From: an uncultured Verrucomicrobiae bacterium
GTDB lineage: Bacteria; Verrucomicrobiota; Verrucomicrobiia; Limisphaerales; UBA11358
DNA length: 64,000 nt
Reading direction: 5' to 3'
Assembly: GCA_963755515.1 (NCBI GenBank)
Contig: CAVWKA010000020.1
Coordinates: 78,902 to 142,901 of the forward strand
The position numbers were made by a program, and so were the translations under genes. The notes below the pieces were generated by a model. The model was given only the letters and a program-made list of their open reading frames with translations. It ran no database searches and was not told the origin of the DNA. This document shows positions 41,544 through 52,310 of this stretch, piece after piece (positions within the stretch are counted from its first letter, which is position 1; the number at the start of each line of letters is the position of its first letter).

Positions 41544-42008
41544 TCAATTGGGACGAACCTTAAAGAGGGGCTGGCCGAATTCGACTGGCTTTCCATTCTC
41601 CACCAGCACTTGGGTAATGGCGCCTTTGACTTCGGCTTTGATTTCATTCATCACCTTCATCGCTTCGATGATGCAGACGACGGTATCGAGACCAACTTCG
41701 CCGCCGATCTCGATATAAGGCGCCGCTTCCGGGGATGGGGACCGATAAAAGGTGCCTATCATGGGAGATTTGATTTCGATTTCGCCGTTTGACACCGATG
41801 TCGGGGCGGGGATAGCGGCTGAGCCGGAAACCGGCGGAAGGGCCACCGGCTGGGCGGGGAAAGGTTCATCCGCCTGTTGGATTGGGGCAGCGCCGCCGTT
41901 CGATCCCCGTTTAAGCCTGATTTTTGAATCCTGTCGTTCCAATTCAAACTCGGTAATCGAGTTTTTCTTCATCAAATCAATGATGGCTTTGATGTCTTTG
42001 AGGTCCAC
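41544..42008 (-). CDS. accB: Biotin carboxyl carrier protein
   Basis: SPMIGTFY, EAMKVMN. Confidence 0.96.
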   Translation of the reverse strand: MDLKDIKAIIDLMKKNSITEFELERQDSKIRLKRGSNGGAAPIQQADEPFPAQPVALPPVSGSAAIPAPTSVSNGEIEIKSPMIGTFYRSPSPEAAPYIEIGGEVGLDTVVCIIEAMKVMNEIKAEVKGAITQVLVENGKPVEFGQPLFKVRPN

Positions 42009-42186
42009 AGGTCGTTTTCGTTAAAGAAATAGGTTTTGAGCTTGTAACCAAAAAAGCAGCAGTCAGATTGACCCTGCTTTGTAACGTATTGTTAAATTTC
42101 TGTGACAGTATCCGGGAACGGAATTGGAGTCAAGCCTCAAAGTCAGAATCTTTTGGCCATCAGAAAAAGCGCCAAAAAACCTCAAA

Positions 42187-42633
42187 CTAATGCGACTTTT
42201 TAGATTCTTTAACGAAAACGGAAGCTTCCACGGCCAAAACGTAGGATTTCGGTCCGAAGCCGCTGATTTGGCCGCAGCACACTGGGGCAATCAATGACTT
42301 TTGGCGGAATTCCTCCCGCGCATGGACGTTGGAAAGATGAATTTCAATTGTGGGAACTCCGACGGCGGCAATGGCATCCCGCAGGGCGATACTCGTGTGC
42401 GTGTAGGCGGCGGCGTTGATGACAATCACATCGAACTTCCCCCGGGCAACTTGAATCCAGCCCACCAATTCACCTTCCAAATTGGACTGACGGAAGTCAA
42501 TTTCCGCCTTCAATTCTTTGGCCCGTTCGCGCACGTTCGCCTCGATCTCTCCCAGCGTCTCCCAGCCATAGACTTCCGGCTCGCGTTGGCCCAGCAGGTT
42601 CAGGTTTGGACCGTTCAGAAAGAGGATTTTCAT
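42187..42633 (-). CDS. aroQ: Type II 3-dehydroquinate dehydratase
   Basis: [24 protein letters not shown]. Confidence 0.96.
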   Translation of the reverse strand: MKILFLNGPNLNLLGQREPEVYGWETLGEIEANVRERAKELKAEIDFRQSNLEGELVGWIQVARGKFDVIVINAAAYTHTSIALRDAIAAVGVPTIEIHLSNVHAREEFRQKSLIAPVCCGQISGFGPKSYVLAVEASVFVKESKKSH

Positions 42634-42722
42634 TTACCCCACGATTTTCAATCCCGGCCCGCCTTTTGTCGAGTGGATTTCACTCACTCCAATTTGACAA
42701 AACACCATTTTCATCGGATTAG

Positions 42723-42735
42723 TGTAACGGTTACA
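42723..42735. promoter_or_regulatory. LacI-type operator-like palindrome
   Basis: TGTAAC-G-GTTACA just upstream of the RBS of the GH57-treYZ operon. Confidence 0.5.
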
Positions 42736-42744
42736 AAAGGAGCT

Positions 42745-45171
42745 ATGGAAAAATTCATCTGCGTTCATGGGCATTTTTACCAACCCCCGCGCGAAAATCC
42801 CTGGCTGGAAACCGTCGAACTCCAGGATTCCGCCTATCCTTACCACGATTGGAACGAACGCGTCTGCTTCGAATGCTATGCGCCAAATGCCCGGGCGCGA
42901 CTCCTCGATGGCGACGGACGCATTGAAAAAATCGTCAGCAATTATTCGCGGATGAGCTTCAATTTCGGTCCAACGCTGCTTTCATGGATGAAGGACAAAC
43001 AGCCCGAAATCCACCAGTCCATTGTGGACGCCGACAAGAAAAGTCTCGAAAGGTTTTCAGGCCATGGTTCGGCGTTGGCGCAGGCCTATAATCACATGAT
43101 TTTGCCGCTCGCCAATACGCGTGACAAGCATACCCAGGTGGTCTGGGGCATTTGCGATTTCAAATCGCGCTTCGGTCGCGAGCCGGAGGGGATGTGGCTT
43201 CCAGAGACGGCGGCGGACAACGAAACGCTCGATGTTCTGGCGAAACATGGCATCAAGTTCACCATTCTTTCGCCCTATCAGGCCAGCCGTGTCCGTCCGT
43301 TGGAGGGCGAGGGCGATTGGCAGGACGTGAACGGCGCAAAAATTGACCCTAAAAATCCCTATTTGGTTAAGCTTCCCGAAGGCCGTTCGATCGTCGTTTT
43401 CTTTTACGACGCGCCCGTTTCCCAGGCGGTGGCTTTTGAAAAATTGCTCGTTAACGGAGAATCCTTTTCCGGACGATTGCGGGCTGCTTTTGACCAAGGT
43501 CTTGAACGGACTCAGTTGGTCCATATTGCCACGGATGGTGAATCTTACGGTCATCATTTTCGATACGGCGACATGGCGCTGGCCTATGCGCTGCATCAAA
43601 TCGAAGCCAGTGATGACACCAGACTGACAATCTATGCGGAATATCTTGAGAAAGTTCCGCCGACCCACGAAGTGGAGATTCACCAGGGCAGCGCGTGGAG
43701 TTGTCCTCATGGCGTCGGGCGCTGGAAAGAGGATTGCGGCTGTTGTGCCGGCGGCCACGGTGGCTGGAACCAGCAATGGCGTGCGCCTCTGCGCCAGGCG
43801 ATGGATTGGCTGCGGGACAAACTCGCCCCGCTTTATGAAACCAAGGCCGGGGGATTCTTGAAAGACCCATGGGTGGCTCGCGATGGCTATATCTCGGTGA
43901 TTCTGGAGCGGTCGCCGGAAAATATCCGCAAATTTTTCGCCGCGTATGGCGCGCGGGAGTTGAGCGAGGCGGAACAAACCATCGCCATTCGCCTTCTTGA
44001 AATGCAACGGCACGCAATGTTGATGTACACCAGTTGCGGCTGGTTCTTTGATGAAATTTCCGGCCTCGAAACGACCCAGGTGATCCAATATGCCGCGCGT
44101 GCGCTCCAGTTGGCCGGGGACCTTGGCGGAGAAGACCTGGAACCGCAGTTCGTTCGGATCTTAGAGCAGGCCAAAAGCAATATTTCCGCAAACCAAAACG
44201 GTCGCGTCGTGTACGAACGGTTTGTCAAGCCAGCCATCATGACGCGCGAAACGGTCGGCGCCCATTATGCCATCAGTTCGCTGTTTGAATCCTATCCAGA
44301 GGAAGCCAGGATTTATGCCTATCTCATCAAGCAGGAAGACCGGCAACTCTGGACCGCCGGTAACGCGCGCCTGGCGGTGGGACGCATCAAGGTCACCTTC
44401 GGGGTCACCCGCAACTCGGACATCATCACCTACGGCGTATTGTATATGGGCGAGCATAATCTGAATTGCGGCGTGCGCTATTTTGAGTCGGCGGAAAAAT
44501 ACAATGCCCTTGTGAACGAAGCCCGCGCCGCGTTTGAACGGGCTGATTTTCCTGAAACCATCAGGGCGCTTGACCGCCACTTTGGCGAATCGCACTACTC
44601 CTTGAAGAACCTCTTTCGGGACGAACAATTCAAGGTGCTCCACCAGATTCTCGGTGCCACTCGCGAGGACATTTACAACACTTACAAATCGTTGACCGAC
44701 CGCTATGCGCCGCTGATACGCTTCCTCAATGACATCCACGTGCCCCCGCTTAATGCGCTGGCTCCCGCGGCGGAGTTTGTCCTGAACGCCGAACTCCAAC
44801 GGCAATTTGAGAACGGTCCGCCCGATCCCGAAAAGGTCCGCTCTTTGATCGCCCAGGTTACGGAAGCCCATGCCAGCCTCGAGGAAAACGCGCTCGCTTT
44901 CGCCGTCAAAAAACATCTCGACCGTCTAAGCGACGAACTCATCAAGTCCCCGGACGACTTCGAATTATTGCAACGGTTTTCCAATTCCGCCGCGTTGCTG
45001 CCGTCGCTACCGCTTACGGTCAATCTTTGGAAGGCGCAAAATGTTTATGACCAACTGCGCGCCAAGGTGCTTCCGGAGATAAAAGAGCGCCCGGATGAGA
45101 AATCAAAATTGTGGGCGGAAAAATTTATCAAGCTTGGCGAACAACTTGGGTTTCACGTCCAACAGAACTAA
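42745..45171 (+). CDS. GH57-family glycoside hydrolase with DUF3536
   Basis: HGHFYQPPRENPW, GMWLPE, ATDGESYGHH, MYTSCGWFFDE. Confidence 0.9.
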   Translation: MEKFICVHGHFYQPPRENPWLETVELQDSAYPYHDWNERVCFECYAPNARARLLDGDGRIEKIVSNYSRMSFNFGPTLLSWMKDKQPEIHQSIVDADKKSLERFSGHGSALAQAYNHMILPLANTRDKHTQVVWGICDFKSRFGREPEGMWLPETAADNETLDVLAKHGIKFTILSPYQASRVRPLEGEGDWQDVNGAKIDPKNPYLVKLPEGRSIVVFFYDAPVSQAVAFEKLLVNGESFSGRLRAAFDQGLERTQLVHIATDGESYGHHFRYGDMALAYALHQIEASDDTRLTIYAEYLEKVPPTHEVEIHQGSAWSCPHGVGRWKEDCGCCAGGHGGWNQQWRAPLRQAMDWLRDKLAPLYETKAGGFLKDPWVARDGYISVILERSPENIRKFFAAYGARELSEAEQTIAIRLLEMQRHAMLMYTSCGWFFDEISGLETTQVIQYAARALQLAGDLGGEDLEPQFVRILEQAKSNISANQNGRVVYERFVKPAIMTRETVGAHYAISSLFESYPEEARIYAYLIKQEDRQLWTAGNARLAVGRIKVTFGVTRNSDIITYGVLYMGEHNLNCGVRYFESAEKYNALVNEARAAFERADFPETIRALDRHFGESHYSLKNLFRDEQFKVLHQILGATREDIYNTYKSLTDRYAPLIRFLNDIHVPPLNALAPAAEFVLNAELQRQFENGPPDPEKVRSLIAQVTEAHASLEENALAFAVKKHLDRLSDELIKSPDDFELLQRFSNSAALLPSLPLTVNLWKAQNVYDQLRAKVLPEIKERPDEKSKLWAEKFIKLGEQLGFHVQQN

Positions 45172-45173
45172 AC

Positions 45174-47609
45174 ATGGAAGTTCCCCGGGCGACCTACCGG
45201 CTGCAATTCAACGAGCGCTTCCAGCTCGTGGACGCCCTCCGGCTCGTACCTTATTTCTTCCGGCTGGGTATTTCCCACCTCTACGCTTCGCCGCTGTTCA
45301 AGGCCCGTCCTCACAGTGGCCATGGCTATGACGTGTGCGATTTCGGCGAATTGAACCCTGAACTGGGTTCGGAGGCGGATTTGGAAAAACTGTCCACTGC
45401 ACTGCGGGAACACGGCATGGGACTGGTTCTCGATGTCGTTCCGAACCATATGGGTATCGGTCCGCCGGAGAACCGCTGGTGGTGGGATGTGTTGAAAAAC
45501 GGCCGTGCCAGCCGGTTCGCCAACTATTTCGACATTAATTGGCGCGCAAACGGAGCGAACTCACCTGGAAAAATTCTTCTGCCTGTCCTCGGTGACGAGT
45601 ACGAGCGCGTCCTTAAACGCGGCGAGTTGAAAATCGAAGAAGACCAGGGAGAGCCGGTGCTGGTTTATTTCGAAAATAAATTACCTCTTGCGCCGGGAAC
45701 TGTTCCAAAAGCTGACGTTGTTGTGAAATCGGACGCCGCGGTGGATGAGCTTGTTCAAAAGCAACATTATCGCCTCGTCTGCTGGCGTCACGCTGACGAA
45801 CAACTGAATTACCGCCGTTTCTTCGCCATCAACACTCTGGCCGGACTGCGGATTGAGGAAGAACAAGTCTTCAACGATGCGCATGCCCTTCTGCGTAAGT
45901 GGCTGGAAAGCAAGTTGCTGGATGGCCTTCGTGTGGACCATCCCGATGGCTTGCGCGACCCGAAACAATATCTGGAGCGCTTGCGCTCACTCGCGCCGGA
46001 TAAATGGATCGTGGTCGAAAAGATTTTGCAGCCAAATGAAATGTTGCCGGCCAATTGGCCGATCCAGGGTACCGTCGGCTACGACTTTCTGAATCAAGTC
46101 AATGGGCTTTTCGTCCAATCGAAAAACGCGCGGGTCTTGACGGATTTTTATGCGGAGTTCACCGGCCAACCGTCCGACTCAAAAGAGGCTGTTCAGGAAA
46201 AGAAACGGCTGGTCCTGCAAACGCTCTTTACCACTGAAGTCAACCGGCTCGTTGACATTCTGCTCCAAATTGCCCCATGCCATTCGTGTCAAAAAGTTCC
46301 GCGCGAGCATTGGCGCGAGACCCTGATCGAGTTTATCGCGAGCTTTCCGATCTACCGCACTTACATCCGCCCCGCCGAAAATGTCGTTGAAGAGGATGAT
46401 TTTCATTTTGTCGAACAGGCCGCCGCAAAAGCAAAGGCGTCGCGCCCGAACCTTTCCCCGGAGCTTTTTGATTTTATCAGCGGCCTGATGCTGTTGCTCT
46501 TTCGCGGTGAACGGGAAGGCGATTTTGTCGCGCGCGTCCAGCAATTGACCGGACCGGCGATGGCGAAAGGCGCCGAGGACACGGCGTTCTATTGCCTCAA
46601 CCGCCTGATTTCGTTGAATGAAGTCGGCGGCGATCCGGGGAAGTTTGGAGTCGGCGTGGAAGAATTTCATCAGTTCTGCAAGGCCCAACAGACGGCGTGG
46701 CCGCACTCGATGCTCGCCTCCTCGACGCACGATACAAAACGCGGCGAAGACGTCCGTGCGCGAATCAATCTGCTGTCGGAAATTCCGAACGAATGGCGGG
46801 CTGCTGTTTTGCGTTGGTCAACGATGAACGGGCGCCATCGCCAAAACAATTTTCCCGATCGCAACGCCGAATATTTTTTTTACCAGACCCTCGTCGGGGC
46901 ATGGCCTCTTCCGCTTGACCGCGCCCTCGCCAATATGCAAAAAGCGTCCCGTGAAGCCAAACAGCACACCGGCTGGAATCATCGCCATGCCGAATACGAT
47001 CAGGCACTGAAACATTTCATCGCCGGCGCCCTGGCCGACGAGGAGTTTATCCGGGATTTGGCCGAGTTCATCTCGCCGCTGGCTGACGGCGCGCATATGA
47101 ATTCATTGTCACAGACATTGATCAAGCTCACTGCGCCGGGTGTGCCGGACATATATCAGGGCAACGAGATTTTGGATTACAGCCTCGTTGACCCGGACAA
47201 TCGGCGCCTCGTGGATTTCGAATTCCGCAACGCATTGCTGGATGAGGCGGAAAACCTTTCTGCGGCCGAAGCATGGAAAGAACGCGACCGTGGCCTGGCG
47301 AAACTTTGGCTGACGGACAAAACGCTGTCGGTCCGCGCGAGATTCAAGGCGGTTTTCGAGGGGGACTATCAGCCACTCTTTGCGCGCGGCGAAAAAGCAA
47401 ATCACCTGGTCGCATTTCTCCGCGGCGCCGCCATCACCGTGGTTCCCCGCTTTACGTTGGAATTGAACGGCGACTGGAGTGATTTAACCCTGGAATTACC
47501 GGACGGAAACTGGCGCAATACGCTCACGGATGAGATTGCTTCCGGCAAAGTTGCCGTCGCGGACCTATTCCAAAAATTTCCGGTCGCGCTGCTGCTTAAA
47601 GGAGAATGA
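45174..47609 (+). CDS. treY: Malto-oligosyltrehalose synthase
   Basis: ATYRLQ, DVVPNHM, NYRRFF, LRVDHPDGL, STHDTKRGED. Confidence 0.95.
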   Translation: MEVPRATYRLQFNERFQLVDALRLVPYFFRLGISHLYASPLFKARPHSGHGYDVCDFGELNPELGSEADLEKLSTALREHGMGLVLDVVPNHMGIGPPENRWWWDVLKNGRASRFANYFDINWRANGANSPGKILLPVLGDEYERVLKRGELKIEEDQGEPVLVYFENKLPLAPGTVPKADVVVKSDAAVDELVQKQHYRLVCWRHADEQLNYRRFFAINTLAGLRIEEEQVFNDAHALLRKWLESKLLDGLRVDHPDGLRDPKQYLERLRSLAPDKWIVVEKILQPNEMLPANWPIQGTVGYDFLNQVNGLFVQSKNARVLTDFYAEFTGQPSDSKEAVQEKKRLVLQTLFTTEVNRLVDILLQIAPCHSCQKVPREHWRETLIEFIASFPIYRTYIRPAENVVEEDDFHFVEQAAAKAKASRPNLSPELFDFISGLMLLLFRGEREGDFVARVQQLTGPAMAKGAEDTAFYCLNRLISLNEVGGDPGKFGVGVEEFHQFCKAQQTAWPHSMLASSTHDTKRGEDVRARINLLSEIPNEWRAAVLRWSTMNGRHRQNNFPDRNAEYFFYQTLVGAWPLPLDRALANMQKASREAKQHTGWNHRHAEYDQALKHFIAGALADEEFIRDLAEFISPLADGAHMNSLSQTLIKLTAPGVPDIYQGNEILDYSLVDPDNRRLVDFEFRNALLDEAENLSAAEAWKERDRGLAKLWLTDKTLSVRARFKAVFEGDYQPLFARGEKANHLVAFLRGAAITVVPRFTLELNGDWSDLTLELPDGNWRNTLTDEIASGKVAVADLFQKFPVALLLKGE

Positions 47610-47612
47610 ATC

Positions 47613-49349
47613 ATGCACTTGTTTCGTGTCTGGGCTCCGTTGCCTCAAAAGGCCGAGCTTCATCTTAACGGAAAAAATTTTCCAATGACGCGCGACGACA
47701 ACGGTTGGTGGTCCAGGGAAGTCGAATCGGCAAAAGCCGGCGACGACTACGGCTTTGTGCTGGACGGCGACGGCCCTTTTCCCGATCCCCGCTCGCCGTC
47801 ACAGCCCCATGGCGTCCATAAACTGTCACGGTTGGTGGACCCGAGCGCCTATCCGTGGATGGACCGGAAATTTCAGGCCCCCCCATTTCCATTCGCCGTC
47901 ATTTACGAATTGCACATTGGCACGTTTACGCCGGCGGGAACTTTTCTTTCGGCGATCGAAAAGATCGAGCACCTGGTTGCCCTCGGCGTCACTCACGTGG
48001 AATTCATGCCCATTGTCGAATTCTCCGGCAATCACGGCTGGGGATATGACGGGGTGGATTTGTTTGCCCCGCACCATGCGTACGGTGCGCCGGACGACCT
48101 GAAAAAATTGGTGGATGCCTGCCATGCGCGCGGTCTCGCCGTGATTCTGGATGTCGTCTATAACCATCTCGGCCCTGCGGGGAATTACCTCGCCAAATTC
48201 GCGCCTTACTTCACCAGCAAATTCCGCACTTTCTGGGGCGAAGGCGTCAATTACGACGACGCCGACAGCGGGGAGGTGCGGCGATTCTTTTGCGACAACG
48301 CCCTGATGTGGCTGCGCGATTTTCATTTTGACGGTCTGCGCCTGGATGCCGTGCATGGAATTTTCGACACCTCGGCGACGCATGTTCTCGAGCAGCTCGA
48401 GATCGAGGTCGAGAGACTCTCCGCGCAAATGGGCCGTCATCTTGTTCTGATCCCTGAAAGTGACCTGAACAATCCCCGCCTGCTCTGGTCGCGCGAGCGC
48501 GGCGGATTCCAACTGGACGCCCAATGGAGCGACGATTTCCATCATTCGCTCCATACCATTTTGACCGGCGAGCGAGCGGGATATTATTCCGATTTCGGGA
48601 GAATTGAGGACCTGGCCAGGGCTTTGCGCCACGCGTTTGTGTATGACGGCCGGTATTCAAAACATCGACGGCGCGTTCACGGGCGTTCTGCGGATGGCTT
48701 GAGCGGCCATCGCTTTCTGGGCTATCTGCAAAACCACGACCAAATCGGCAACCGCGCTCGCGGCGACCGCAGCAGTCATCTGATGAGCGTGGGCAAGTTG
48801 AAAATTGCCGCGGCGTTGGTCCTGACTGCGCCGTTTGTGCCGATGCTCTTTCAGGGCGAAGAGTGGGGCGCCGAAACGCCCTTCTGTTATTTCACGGATT
48901 TTCAAGAATTGGAATTGGCCCAGTCGGTCCGTGAAGGCCGTTGCCGCGAGTTCGCCGCCTTTGGCTGGAAGCCCGGGGACACTGCGGATCCCCAGGCGGG
49001 CGGGACATTCGAAAAATCCAAATTGAACTGGACTGAGGTTTCCCGCCCGCCGCACGCCGAAATGCTCGACTGGCACAAACAGTTGATTCAATTACGCCGC
49101 AACGAGCCGGATTTGTGCGATGGTCGAATGGATGCCGTGCGGACAAACGTGGATGAAATGAGACGTTGGATGACGATTGAGCGTGGTTCCATCATCACGC
49201 TCTGCAATTTCTCGAACGAACGTCAGACTCTCTTCCCCGGCGCCGGGGAATGCCATTCGTTGCTCGTTTCCAAACCGGAAACAAAGATTTCCGACGGCAG
49301 GATCACCCTGCCACCGGAATCGGTCGCCATTTTGAAGCAAGATAAGTGA
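47613..49349 (+). CDS. treZ: Malto-oligosyltrehalose trehalohydrolase
   Basis: WGYDGV, DGLRLDAVH, QNHDQIGNR. Confidence 0.95.
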   Translation: MHLFRVWAPLPQKAELHLNGKNFPMTRDDNGWWSREVESAKAGDDYGFVLDGDGPFPDPRSPSQPHGVHKLSRLVDPSAYPWMDRKFQAPPFPFAVIYELHIGTFTPAGTFLSAIEKIEHLVALGVTHVEFMPIVEFSGNHGWGYDGVDLFAPHHAYGAPDDLKKLVDACHARGLAVILDVVYNHLGPAGNYLAKFAPYFTSKFRTFWGEGVNYDDADSGEVRRFFCDNALMWLRDFHFDGLRLDAVHGIFDTSATHVLEQLEIEVERLSAQMGRHLVLIPESDLNNPRLLWSRERGGFQLDAQWSDDFHHSLHTILTGERAGYYSDFGRIEDLARALRHAFVYDGRYSKHRRRVHGRSADGLSGHRFLGYLQNHDQIGNRARGDRSSHLMSVGKLKIAAALVLTAPFVPMLFQGEEWGAETPFCYFTDFQELELAQSVREGRCREFAAFGWKPGDTADPQAGGTFEKSKLNWTEVSRPPHAEMLDWHKQLIQLRRNEPDLCDGRMDAVRTNVDEMRRWMTIERGSIITLCNFSNERQTLFPGAGECHSLLVSKPETKISDGRITLPPESVAILKQDK

Positions 49350-49351
49350 CC

Positions 49352-49570
49352 TTACGGCGGCGTATTGGTGGTCGCCGCCGAATTCGTCGCACCCATGTTT
49401 GGTGTCGGCGCGTTTGTGTTCGCTGACATGCCGGCGCCGGACGAGTTTGTGTTCATTTCATTTGACGCGGGCATGTTTGTGGATTCAGCGCCGGTGTTCG
49501 GCTGGTTATTGCATCCGGCAAAGAAGATGGGCACGGCAAGCAATGGAATGAGTTTTTTTATGTTTTTCAT
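49352..49570 (-). CDS. Small low-complexity lipoprotein
   Basis: MKNIKKLIPLLAVPIFFAGC lipobox, Asn/Thr-rich tail. Confidence 0.7.
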   Translation of the reverse strand: MKNIKKLIPLLAVPIFFAGCNNQPNTGAESTNMPASNEMNTNSSGAGMSANTNAPTPNMGATNSAATTNTPP

Positions 49571-49580
49571 ATTATTGATA

Positions 49581-49920
49581 TTACTGCTGCGGTTTGAGCG
49601 TGATGTTGTTGACGACATTCTGGACGCCCTGAACTCCCTTGGCGATGTCTTCGGCCTTGGATTTCTGGTCATCGGTATCCACAAAGCCGCTCAATTGCGC
49701 GGTGCCGCGGAAGACATCCACGTTCACCCCGCTGAATTTGTATTCCGGATTATTGTGCAACGCGTCTTCAACGCGGGTTTTGGTTGCCGAATCGTCAATG
49801 TACTGGCCGGTGCTGCGATTATACTGGCCGCCCGGCGCAACCGGTGGTTGCCGTGACGGCGGCGGTGGTCAACAATCCCAGGCAGATGGCGAGATTTAAC
49901 GTGCTGGCGCTCATTTTCAT
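49581..49920 (-). CDS. BON-domain lipoprotein (1-nt frameshift near 49832; absent from ORF track)
   Basis: TTGCAG..RSTGQYIDDSATKTRV..VQLSGFV-like..VNNI after removing one G. Confidence 0.8.
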
Positions 49921-49958
49921 ATACTACTCCTATTGCTCCTTTGTTGTCTTTCTTGAAC

Positions 49959-50165
49959 CTACGTTTTGCGCGACGGCAAAAACAACATGACCGCTCCGAC
50001 AACGGCGGCGCCGATGCCGCCGGCAAGCAGCCAGATGGTTTTATTCGTCGGCGAACCCGTGAAAAAATTCGAAACGTGCGAGGCGGCGGAACTTGATGAT
50101 TGTGCTCCATAGACAATCAACGCAATGCCCACGGCCAACAGTGCCAGTCCAATTCCTTTGTTCAT
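49959..50165 (-). CDS. DUF3185-family membrane protein
   Basis: Two TMs flanking SNFFTGSPTNKTIWLL. Confidence 0.8.
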   Translation of the reverse strand: MNKGIGLALLAVGIALIVYGAQSSSSAASHVSNFFTGSPTNKTIWLLAGGIGAAVVGAVMLFLPSRKT

Positions 50166-50801
50166 AATTCTCCTTTGCCGGCGGCCGATTTTCTTCGTTT
50201 CCAAATTTCCGCCACGCTGTCGCTCAATTGAAAAAGCGGGCCCGTCAACACCCAGGCCAGGACCAATATGGCTGCGAGGACGAACGTCGCCACGTGTCCC
50301 GTCACCTGCACGCACAGGTGTCCCAGTCGTTGTCTTAAGGCGATCTGCCCGGAAGAATTCATCGCTTTAAGCAGCTTCAGCCGCCGCATTGGCTGTGCCG
50401 AACGGATGATATTGCGCCGGACGCGCCCCTCGTCCAATTTTTTTGATCCGGCGGGCGATTTGGAGCAGCGGTTGTTTGGCCACGCGTTTGGCGGCAGACG
50501 CCCGCCGTTTCTTTATTTCCGACAATCTGGCGTTCAACGCGCGCTCAAGTTTTTCGCGGCTGAAGTTCCAATCGTCCAGCGGCAGGCGGACAAAAGGCGT
50601 TTTGCCCGCCGCCGCCGGAGGAAAGTCATCCAGGCTGGCGGCGATGTGAAAAAGTGACGGCATTGCGGGTTTGGGCGGCAGGGAGGTTCTCATGGGGTGA
50701 TTCTTAATTTCGAGTTGGATCGGCAAGGACTGGAAGAATTCAACCGGCACACGGCTGGTTTTCGGAACGGCGCGTTCATCGTTTGAAAGCGGAATGCTCA
50801 T
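50162..50801 (-). other. Uncertain ORF(s); 3' part resembles the N-terminus of low-affinity iron permease-family proteins
   Basis: FVLAAILVLAWVLTGPLFQLSD, then divergence; probable frameshift near 50440. Confidence 0.35.
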
Positions 50802-50818
50802 AGTCGTTTTGAAAGTCT

Positions 50819-50834
50819 TGCAAGTGCCATGCCG
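50819..50834 (-). promoter_or_regulatory. Sigma54 -24/-12 promoter
   Basis: Minus strand CGGCATGGCACTTGCA (GG-N10-GC). Confidence 0.6.
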
Positions 50835-51123
50835 TTGGGGGAGGCGGTGAATTTGAAAATGCGAAAAGAAGCTGAAATGGCTGAAATGCGACGGCGATGA
50901 AAGTAGCTGAAAGAAGCTGAAAAATGGGGTGAACTCAGCAGAAAAGAATCCGGAATGCCGATTGAAACCATTGAGAGAACCCATGCCCGGCGGACGGCAG
51001 GGGACGTTGCAAAGTGCAAAGGAAACCCAGGCTCGTTTGCAGTTTGCATCCTGCAAGACTCTTTCACGGAGGATGGGGCTTCATTTTTGCTTTCATTTTC
51101 GCCTGAAAAAATCTTATCGGGCG

Positions 51124-51139
51124 CGGCATAACTTCCGCT
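51124..51139 (+). promoter_or_regulatory. Sigma54 -24/-12 promoter (weaker)
   Basis: CGGCATAACTTCCGCT (GG-N10-GC). Confidence 0.45.
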
Positions 51140-51207
51140 TGAGAGGGGATAGGAACGTTGTTCTGATTTGGGAACAATCGGGATAAAAACTTAACGGGTA
51201 TAAATTT

Positions 51208-51527
51208 ATGAAAAGAAATACGACAATGGGAACCGTGCCTTCTGAAATCGCCGAGCCGCGCAAAATCTGGTGGACGACGCGAAGGAGTTGATGAACGCCA
51301 CAGCCGGTGTGGCCGAGGAAAAAGTAATTGAAGCCCGCCGCCGTCTGGCGGCCGCCCTGGAACGGGCCAGGGACGCCGGAGCGGAGGCGTGGGACAATGT
51401 GCAGGATAAAGCCGTGGCCGGCGCGCGGGCGGCGGATGCGACCATCCGGGAATATCCCTATCAATCCATCGGGATCGGGTTTGGATTGGGCGCGGTGATT
51501 GGATATTTGTTGAGCCGCCGCACGTAG
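51208..51527 (+). CDS. DUF883/ElaB/YqjD-family protein (frameshift near 51257)
   Basis: IREYPYQSIGIGFGLGAVIGYLLSRR tail anchor. Confidence 0.85.
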
Positions 51528-51531
51528 GCCT

Positions 51532-51918
51532 ATGCAAACGCCGCAGGATTTCAGCCCGCACCCGGCGGAGGCCTCCAAACGCGTCGCCCAACGCTTGCTG
51601 GTGATTTGCGAGAACCGGATCCACCTGCTGTTGGTGGAGCTGGAGGAGGAGCGCGAGCGGTTCATGGGAGCGCTCATAGTGGCCTTTGCGGCAATGGTTC
51701 TGGGAACGCTGTCCATGTTCACCTTGACGGCGATTATTGTCATTGCCTTCTGGCATTGGTCGCCGTTAATCGTGCTGGGAATATTGACGTTGGTTTATGG
51801 GGGAACATCGGGTTTGCTGTACGTCCGCCTGGCGCGATGGCAACGCGACTGGCGACTTCTGGCGGGGACGCTGGAACAAATAAGAAAAGACCGCGAATGC
51901 CTTGCCAATCTCGTTTAA
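51532..51918 (+). CDS. YqjE/holin-X-like membrane protein
   Basis: RIHLLLVELEEER, two TMs, TLEQIRKDR; follows DUF883. Confidence 0.8.
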   Translation: MQTPQDFSPHPAEASKRVAQRLLVICENRIHLLLVELEEERERFMGALIVAFAAMVLGTLSMFTLTAIIVIAFWHWSPLIVLGILTLVYGGTSGLLYVRLARWQRDWRLLAGTLEQIRKDRECLANLV

Positions 51919-52232
51919 AATCCCTGGAGGCGCAACGCCGGATTTTGCTGGCCGAAAGCGACCTCAACCGCGTCCATCTGCTTCGGGAACTGGCCCAGAT
52001 GAAAGAGGAGACGCAGGCCTTGATCAAACCGCTAAAGACGCTCGCCGGCATCGCCTCGACTGCGGCGAAAATCGGCCTTGTCCTTTCTCTCTGGCGCCGG
52101 TTTCGGCCGAAAGACCGGCGCGCGGGAAATTCCGACCATGACCGTTCTCATCATCCCTTCGTGACCAATTTATTTCGGGGCATGAGGACGGGGCTTTTCC
52201 TTTGGCGCACACTGCGCTCCCCACGCCGCTAA
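51897..52232 (+). CDS. YqjK-like protein
   Basis: RRILLAESDLNRVHL; third gene of a yqjDEK-like set. Confidence 0.6.
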   Translation: MPCQSRLKSLEAQRRILLAESDLNRVHLLRELAQMKEETQALIKPLKTLAGIASTAAKIGLVLSLWRRFRPKDRRAGNSDHDRSHHPFVTNLFRGMRTGLFLWRTLRSPRR

Positions 52233-52310
52233 ACCATCCTCGAAAGATCATCAAAATTATTTAACATTAGGGTATTGCTTGAAGAACTGCCCCTGACTGG
52301 GGCACGAAAA

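Noticed and set aside
42301-42744. Long N-terminal extension of the GH57 ORF
   Set aside because: Overlaps aroQ antisense; the RBS and family start are at 42745
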